Positions 26,416 through 32,000 of a stretch of 32,000 bases of DNA are shown in pieces. The stretch lies in assembly GCF_000009705.1 (NCBI RefSeq), contig NC_003272.1, positions 330,001-362,000 on the forward strand. The letters are read 5' to 3'. The position numbers and the translations under genes are program-made. Position 1 is the stretch's first letter. Each line of letters starts with the position of its first letter. Under the pieces are notes generated by a model. The model had not been told where the DNA came from. It made no database searches and saw nothing but the letters and a program-made list of their open reading frames with translations. Source of the DNA: Nostoc sp. PCC 7120 = FACHB-418. GTDB lineage: Bacteria > Cyanobacteriota > Cyanobacteriia > Cyanobacteriales > Nostocaceae.

Positions 26416-28179
26416 ATGTCTAATTTGATGCCGATCGCCTATAAAAATATTAATCAACTTTGGGCTTATATTTTCACCGAAACACTCAAGCGGTTGGGAT
26501 TGGCTTATGCCGTAATTTGCCCTGGTTCTCGTTCCACACCCTTAGCTGTGGCCTTTGCCCAACAAGCACCCAATATTGAAGCAATTTCCATACTAGATGA
26601 GCGTTCTGCCGCTTTTTTCGCCTTGGGTATAGCTAAAGCAACTAATCGTCCTGTAGCGATTGTCTGCACTTCGGGAACTGCGGGGGCAAATTTTTATCCA
26701 GCAGTCATTGAGGCTCAAGAAAGTCGTGTACCACTGTTATTATTAACCGCCGATAGACCCCCAGAACTAAGAGATTGTCACTCTGGACAAACTATAGATC
26801 AAATGAAACTCTATGGTAGTTACCCAAATTGGCAAGCAGAGTTAGCTTTACCAGTATCAGATATGGGAATGCTAGCTTATCTGCGACAAACGCTAGTTCA
26901 TAGTTGGTACAGGATGCAAGCGCCAACACCGGGGCCAGTACATTTAAATATCCCCTTTCGTGACCCCCTTGCACCGATTCCTGATGGCACAGATTTGAGC
27001 TATTTACTGGCTAAGTTTCACCCAGAAGAATTTTTTGCGGGAATAACAGATACTACCCCACTCCCTCATCATTCCCCACTCTCCATTCCTCCAGAATGGT
27101 TACAATCACAGCGAGGAATCATCATTGCTGGTGTCGCTCAACCACAGCAACCACAAGAATATTGTAGAGCGATCGCCCGACTTTCCCAAACTCTACAATG
27201 GCCTGTGTTAGCTGAGGGACTTTCCCCAGTCAGAAATTACGCTGACTTCAACCCCTATTTAATTTCCACCTACGACTTGATTTTACGCAATCAACAATTA
27301 GCAACACGGCTAGCACCAGATATGGTAATTCAAATAGGTGATATGCCAACGAGTAAAGAACTGCGTAATTGGATAGACACTCACCAACCCCGACGCTGGG
27401 TAATTGATCCCAGTGACCAAAACCTCGACCCTTTGCATGGAAGGACGACCCATTTAAGAATTAGGGTGGAAGAGTTGGGATATCAGGGGGTAGAGGAAGA
27501 CAAATCTTCTGTCTCAGAGTATCTACAATTGTGGTGTAATGCTGAAACCAAAGTTAGGGTCAATGTAGATGAGACTTTGGACAAGATGGAAGACTTGGTA
27601 GAGTGTAAAGCCGCCTGGTTACTTTCTCAAATGCTACCGCCAGAAACGCCCTTATTTATCGCCAACAGTATGCCGGTAAGGGATGTAGAGTTTTTCTGGA
27701 AGCCGAATAATTTAAGAGTGCGATCGCATTTTAACCGAGGCGCGAACGGTATCGATGGTACATTATCCACCGCTTTAGGAATCTCCCACCGTCAGCAAAG
27801 TAGTGTGCTAATCACAGGGGATTTAGCTTTATTACATGACACCAACGGTTTTTTAATTAGAAATAAGTTTGTTGGACATTTGACAATTATCTTAATCAAC
27901 AATAATGGCGGGGGAATTTTTGAAATGTTACCCATCGCTAAATTTGAACCGCCATTTGAAGAATTTTTTGGTACGCCCCAAGATATTGATTTTGCTCAGT
28001 TATGCACCACTTATAATGTCCAGCATGAATTAATTCATTCCTGGGTGCATTTACAGCAGAGATTAAACCCACTACCAAATACAGGGATTCGAGTTTTAGA
28101 ATTACGCACAAATAGAAAAATAGATGCTCAATGGCGACGTGATAATTTAAGCAATTTTGCGGCGGATAATATTATCTAA
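26416..28179 (+). CDS. menD: 2-succinyl-5-enolpyruvyl-6-hydroxy-3-cyclohexene-1-carboxylate (SEPHCHC) synthase, phylloquinone pathway
   Basis: 587-aa ThDP enzyme. It has a typical MenD N-terminus (NINQLWAYIFTETLKRLGL..VICPGSRSTPLAVAF), then TSGTAGANFYPAVIEA..RVPLLLLTADRPPELR and the ThDP motif GDLALLHDTNG...NNNGGGIF. Confidence 0.9.
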   Translation: MSNLMPIAYKNINQLWAYIFTETLKRLGLAYAVICPGSRSTPLAVAFAQQAPNIEAISILDERSAAFFALGIAKATNRPVAIVCTSGTAGANFYPAVIEAQESRVPLLLLTADRPPELRDCHSGQTIDQMKLYGSYPNWQAELALPVSDMGMLAYLRQTLVHSWYRMQAPTPGPVHLNIPFRDPLAPIPDGTDLSYLLAKFHPEEFFAGITDTTPLPHHSPLSIPPEWLQSQRGIIIAGVAQPQQPQEYCRAIARLSQTLQWPVLAEGLSPVRNYADFNPYLISTYDLILRNQQLATRLAPDMVIQIGDMPTSKELRNWIDTHQPRRWVIDPSDQNLDPLHGRTTHLRIRVEELGYQGVEEDKSSVSEYLQLWCNAETKVRVNVDETLDKMEDLVECKAAWLLSQMLPPETPLFIANSMPVRDVEFFWKPNNLRVRSHFNRGANGIDGTLSTALGISHRQQSSVLITGDLALLHDTNGFLIRNKFVGHLTIILINNNGGGIFEMLPIAKFEPPFEEFFGTPQDIDFAQLCTTYNVQHELIHSWVHLQQRLNPLPNTGIRVLELRTNRKIDAQWRRDNLSNFAADNII

Positions 28180-28281
28180 CTAAGCCATTAATCACAAGGC
28201 GTAACAGTTGCCGCTTTTGTATGGTTTTCTGGATATGAGAGAATTGGTATAATTTACTTTTCAATTACCAATTACCCAATT

Positions 28282-28653
28282 TTAATTTGATTTAACAGCA
28301 ATATCCTCAAAGTCTGCTAGTGCAAAAGCAAACTCTCGAAAAGCTGTTTTAATCAAGTCCTCTTTCATATTTCTATTTAAAGAGGTATCACGGATCATAT
28401 CGGCTAACTCTATAAATAATAGAGAGAAAATAAAGCGATCTTGCCGATCAACCTGTTTTAAGCAAGCTAATATGAACTCGTACAACTCTGTTTTTCTGGG
28501 CTTGGTTTGTTCTTCCCAAATTTTCATTCCTAGACAGAAGGTTTTTAACCTGATCTCATTGATGTTGTAGGAGGTATCTTTATAGCGAACTGATACCCGT
28601 TGAGGCATTTCCATAAGTTGAAAAGATATATTTACTGTATGGTAGATATTCAA
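28282..28653 (-). CDS. Hypothetical protein (orphan, AT-rich)
   Basis: The ORF is open from a TTG at 28653, with the first ATG at 28614 (MEMPQRVSV...). No recognisable motifs. It lies between menD and the TnpB element's right end. Coding status is uncertain. Confidence 0.35.
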   Translation of the reverse strand: MNIYHTVNISFQLMEMPQRVSVRYKDTSYNINEIRLKTFCLGMKIWEEQTKPRKTELYEFILACLKQVDRQDRFIFSLLFIELADMIRDTSLNRNMKEDLIKTAFREFAFALADFEDIAVKSN

Positions 28654-28712
28654 CTTTATGCAGGCTCATCCGGAAATTTTTATTGTTGAAATGGCGTAAA
28701 TTTCAAATATAG

Positions 28713-28741
28713 CTGTTGACTGTTGATGGTTGACTGTTGAC
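28713..28741. repeat. STRR3-type heptamer array (CTGTTGA, reverse complement a permutation of CAACAGT), 4 units
   Basis: CTGTTGA CTGTTGA TGGTTGA CTGTTGA C, read directly. Confidence 0.8.
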
Positions 28742-28789
28742 AGGCTTGAAAATCTGGTTTTATCTTATAGCGTTTCCTAGTCTACTGAG

Positions 28790-28950
28790 TTGACACTCTC
28801 CGCCCTATAAGTGCGGAGATTCTTCATTCATAGACCCAACTTGCTCACACAAGATTTCTCCAGCATGAGTAGAGGACGAATCTCCTGAAGCGTTCGGATC
28901 ATAGATCCAGGTTCCTACGTGACCCGTAGTACCCAAGGCTAGTTTCAGAA
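28790..28950 (-). ncRNA. Candidate omega (re)RNA scaffold overlapping the tnpB 3' end
   Basis: By analogy with characterised TnpB loci, the guide RNA scaffold derives from the 3' end of tnpB plus the RE. The terminal hairpin and GTGTCAAC tail are visible. The extent is guessed. Confidence 0.3.
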
Positions 28951-30015
28951 TGTTAATCGCTGCGTTCCAATCTCTATCCATCACAAATCCGCATTCACAA
29001 ACATGAGTTCTTGTGGATAGAGATTTTTTGACTACTGCGCCACAATTAGAGCATTGGCTTGTTGTGTACGCAGGATTAACAGCTACAGTTATCCGGCCAA
29101 ATTTCACACCGAAATACTCCAACCATTTTCTGAATTGATACCAACCAGCATCATTAATAGATTTAGCGAGACAGTGATTCTTAACTAAGTTTTTAACCCT
29201 CAAATCTTCATAGGCGACCAAATCGTGAGATTGGATTACGCAACGCGCTACTCTCTTAGCGTGTTCTTCACGTTGCCTACTTATTTTGAGGTGTACTCGC
29301 CCTAATTTATTAAGGGCTTTTTTGCGATTGGTAGAGCCTTTCTGATGCCTTGAAACGCGCCTTTGTCTAAACTTTAGACGCTTCTCTCCTGTGCGATAAA
29401 ACTTAGGGTTAGGTTCTGTATGTCCGTTGCTATCGGTGTAGAACTCTTTTAAACCAACATCTAAACCAATGGTTTTACCAGTCGGTTGTGTTTCTACTTT
29501 GTTATCTGCGCTAATCAGGAATTGAACATAATACCCATCGGCACGACGGACTAACCTAACTCGTTTTATCTGCTCCAATTGGTAGAAGTTTAAATTCCAC
29601 GTTCCCTTTAGATTGAGTTTGCCAATACCTTTTTTGTCAGTAAAAGTGATTTGCTTTCTAGTTTCAGAAAGTGACCATCCAGAGGTTTTATATTCAACTG
29701 AACGGTTGTTTTTTTAAACTGTGGATAACCTTTCTTACCTGGAACAGACTTTTTACAGTTGTCGTAAAAACGAGCAATAGAACTATAAGCCCGTTCGATA
29801 GAAGCTTGGCAAGCACTAGAGTTCAAAGCCTTGACAAAAGAAAACTCATGTCTGAGAACCTTACTAAGACGATATAAGTCTTTCTGCCCTACACCTCGGT
29901 TATCCATCCAAAAACGAATAGCTTTGTTGCGAACGAATTGACAGGTTCTAATCGCCTCATCAATGGCTACATATTGAGTTGTTTTGCCTTTAGCTTTAAA
30001 CTCTAAAACAATCAT
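28805..30015 (-). pseudogene. tnpB: TnpB-type RNA-guided endonuclease gene interrupted by a -1 frameshift
   Basis: The ORFs 29608..30039 and 28805..29578 read as one TnpB. The N-part is MIVLEFKAKGKTTQYVAIDEAIRTCQFVRNKAIRFW...GYPQFKK. The C-part has RuvC D (IGLDVGL), E (VAYEDL) and D (DRDWNAAINI) plus a CxxC...CxC zinc finger. After the A7 run (complement of 29709-29715) the -1 frame continues as NNRSVEYKTSGWSLSETRKQITFTDKKGIGKLNLKG..., which is the expected TnpB sequence. Confidence 0.85.
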
Positions 30016-30179
30016 TTTACGTGGACAAATCCTACGCAAATATTATACCATAATCAAAGCCGTCCTTCAAGGACGGGGCTTTAGACCCAGTTTCTTGGTA
30101 AAAATTTATCCGCGTACCCTGCGGGAAGACTTCTCTACGAGACGCTACCGCGAACGTCAATATCTGTGTCCATCTGCGT

Positions 30180-31067
30180 TTAACTACAAAAATTTAGTAT
30201 ATGTTGAGCCGTAATTTCTGGTTGTTCTAAATGGGGAATATGTCCACAATCTTCAATCCAAATTAGTTGACTATGGGGAATTGCTCTTTTAAATCTTTTA
30301 CCGTCTTCCGTACCCAAAATCTTATCAGTATCACCCCACAAAATGAGGGTCGGCGACATAATTTCTGCCAGTTGCTTAAATCTGAAAGCTGTGTATCCAC
30401 CACTTTTGGTAAAAGCAATTAAAGCTTCAGGCCAGCTAGGCATTTCTAAATGTAATGCACCACAATATAAAGCATCGACAGTGGCAAGGTTCTGATTTTT
30501 GTAAGCAGCACGAGAAACGCGATCGCGCACTTTTGGACTACGCAAAAATTGCGCGGCTAAATAATCCAACGGGGGAAACATGAATTTACTTAGCGGTGAA
30601 CCCCCCCGTAAGCCAGCGCTGTCAATTAACACTAGTTTCTGCACCGCTTCTGGATAAGTCAGGGTAAAATCAATCGCGGCTGCACCCCCCATTGATGCAC
30701 CAACTAAAATCACAGGTTGGTTAATCAGGGTTTTCCAAAAGGAATGTAGGTGAGTTCTAATGGCAATAGGGCTAAATTTTATCCCTGGTAGCCTTTGCGT
30801 AAATCCAAAACCCAACAAATCCACAGCCCAAGTTTCATTCTCTTTCCCTAACAGTGGCAAAAGACGACGAAATTCCAGCACCGAACTATCGAAGCCATGA
30901 ATTAATAAAATTGGCGTACCACCGCCACCTTGACGTACATAGGCTGTGGTGATTGGTTGATTACTCAGGGGAGTAGCGATCGCTTGAGTGTGAATACTCT
31001 TAGCTAAGGCGATCGATTCAGATTCGGTAAGTTGCCCGACTGCGGCAGGTAAAAAACTTGGAAACAT
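30180..31067 (-). CDS. Alpha/beta hydrolase
   Basis: 295-aa ORF with the oxyanion region LIHGFDSS, the nucleophile elbow GASMGGAAA and a catalytic His in CGHIPHLEQP. Confidence 0.85.
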   Translation of the reverse strand: MFPSFLPAAVGQLTESESIALAKSIHTQAIATPLSNQPITTAYVRQGGGGTPILLIHGFDSSVLEFRRLLPLLGKENETWAVDLLGFGFTQRLPGIKFSPIAIRTHLHSFWKTLINQPVILVGASMGGAAAIDFTLTYPEAVQKLVLIDSAGLRGGSPLSKFMFPPLDYLAAQFLRSPKVRDRVSRAAYKNQNLATVDALYCGALHLEMPSWPEALIAFTKSGGYTAFRFKQLAEIMSPTLILWGDTDKILGTEDGKRFKRAIPHSQLIWIEDCGHIPHLEQPEITAQHILNFCS

Positions 31068-31219
31068 GAATTTTAGTTTACCAGAAGCAGGGGTATGAGG
31101 AATTGGTCAATCCCCAATTCCCAACCCCCACAAAAGAAATTTCCCCCTCATCATCACAATGGTGTCTAAAGCCACGTACAATTAATATCACTTAACTTTT
31201 TTTATCAGGAGCTAATGCC

Positions 31220-31531
31220 ATGCCAATGGCGGTTGGCGTAATCGAAACTTTAGGATTTCCGGCTGTGCTAGCGGCAGCAGATGCAATGGTAAAATCTGCC
31301 GCAGTCACCATTGTTTATTATGGTCAAGCGGAGAGCGCCCGCTTGTTAGTTGCTGTGAGGGGACACGTTGCAGAAGTAAGACGAGCTGTTGAGGCGGGAA
31401 TTGAGGCTGGTGAGCAAGCATACGGTGGTGAAGTCATCACCCACTATATAGTTCCCAATCCTCCCGAAAATGTGGTAGATATTCTCCCCATTCACTTTAC
31501 TGAAGAATCAGAACCTTTTCGGATGTTCTAA
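31220..31531 (+). CDS. ccmK3: Carboxysome shell protein CcmK3 (BMC-H domain)
   Basis: 103-aa ORF with AGGAG 8 nt upstream. It has the BMC domain [23 protein letters not shown]. The K3-type features are TIVYYG and HYIVPNPPENV, with a ccmK4-type gene directly downstream, as in the known ccmK3-ccmK4 satellite locus. Confidence 0.8.
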   Translation: MPMAVGVIETLGFPAVLAAADAMVKSAAVTIVYYGQAESARLLVAVRGHVAEVRRAVEAGIEAGEQAYGGEVITHYIVPNPPENVVDILPIHFTEESEPFRMF

Positions 31532-31619
31532 GCAATTGTGTCATCAAAATATGTAGCAAAGCTTCATACAATGAACTGGTGCGCTCCATAAATTTATTAT
31601 TCATACAGGAGATTATTAA

Positions 31620-31973
31620 ATGTCGTCACTACAGGCAATAGGAGCATTAGAGACTAAGGGATTTCCGGCTGTGTTAGCAGCAGCAGATGCTATGGTCAAA
31701 GCTGGCCGTGTCACCCTTGTGGGTTATATCCGAGTTGGTAGCGCTCGTTTTACAGTCAATATCCGTGGGGATGTTTCGGAAGTTAAGACAGCGATGGCGG
31801 CTGGTGTGGAAGCGGCACAAAATGTTTATGGTGGTACATTAGAGTCCTGGGTGATTATTCCTCGCCCTCATGAAAACGTTGAAGCAGTCCTACCCATAGG
31901 TTATACAGATGCTGTTCAACAATATCGAGATTCTGTAGAAAATCCCATTATCCGTTCATCCAACAGACGATAA
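31620..31973 (+). CDS. ccmK4: Carboxysome shell protein CcmK4 (BMC-H domain)
   Basis: 117-aa ORF with AGGAG upstream. The blocks [43 protein letters not shown] and [17 protein letters not shown] closely follow CcmK4 of model cyanobacteria as I recall it. Confidence 0.85.
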   Translation: MSSLQAIGALETKGFPAVLAAADAMVKAGRVTLVGYIRVGSARFTVNIRGDVSEVKTAMAAGVEAAQNVYGGTLESWVIIPRPHENVEAVLPIGYTDAVQQYRDSVENPIIRSSNRR

Positions 31974-32000
31974 ATAATACGAATTCAAAATTAAAGCAAA

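Larger units (their letters stand above)
28790..30090 (-). mobile_element. IS200/IS605-family tnpB-only element (IS1341-like, no tnpA); boundaries approximate
   Basis: On the LE side there is a hairpin at 30056-30082 (AAAGCCGTCC TTCAA GGACGGGGCTTT) followed, in minus sense, by an extended -10 TGGTATAAT (complement of 30042-30050) and the tnpB ATG at 30015. On the RE side a hairpin spans the stop codon (TCTCCGC ACTTATAGG GCGGAGA in minus sense, about 28797-28819) and is followed by GTGTCAAC. Confidence 0.7.

Noticed and set aside
29671-30214. Plus-strand ORFs of 68 and 76 aa over the tnpB region and LE flank
   Set aside because: They are antisense to tnpB or span the LE hairpin and dispersed-repeat flank. 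They have no coding features.
30180-31067. Calling the alpha/beta hydrolase MenH (SHCHC synthase) because menD is nearby
   Set aside because: The only evidence is proximity, interrupted by a TnpB element and on the opposite strand. The generic GxSxG/His motifs do not discriminate MenH from other hydrolases.

Overview
This is a chromosomal window from a Nostoc/Anabaena-type filamentous cyanobacterium. The evidence is frequent HIP1 GCGATCGC palindromes, STRR heptamer arrays, ccmK3-ccmK4, phylloquinone menD and B12-dependent metH. All family names come from reading the translations, not from searches.

Most of the window is housekeeping: an MBL-fold hydrolase, a Crp/Fnr regulator, a DUF2232-like membrane protein, a CobT-like UPF0284 protein, a PotD-like binding lipoprotein, an aldo/keto reductase, a DUF4336-like protein, metH, a CNNM/CBS protein, menD, an alpha/beta hydrolase and ccmK3/ccmK4. 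There is also a 1331-aa coiled-coil/acidic protein ending in an Hsp70/actin-fold ATPase.

The accessory part lies at about 13.4-19.9 kb. It holds a same-strand three-gene module:
- an AT-rich AIM24/DUF124-like beta-sandwich protein (13736-14464);
- a small Trypco2-like protein (14599-14943);
- a 991-aa trypsin-like peptidase + NB-ARC STAND NTPase + TPR protein (14918-17893), which overlaps the small gene by 26 nt.

I read this as a protease-armed STAND conflict/defence system with an unassigned AIM24-like partner. It is the best candidate for something new.

Downstream of the module is a 21-bp (42-bp alternating) tandem array. A 135-bp MITE inserted into this array, and a 1.47-kb IS110-family element then inserted into the MITE. 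The IS has a long structured 3' non-coding region and a 5' segment that mimics its own target, so it may encode a bridge/seek RNA.

A second mobile relic at 28.8-30.1 kb is a TnpB (IS200/IS605-type) gene split by a -1 shift in an A7 run. Its LE hairpin, -10 box and omega-RNA-like 3' end are retained. An in-frame CCCCAGT heptamer array sits in the metH interdomain linker.
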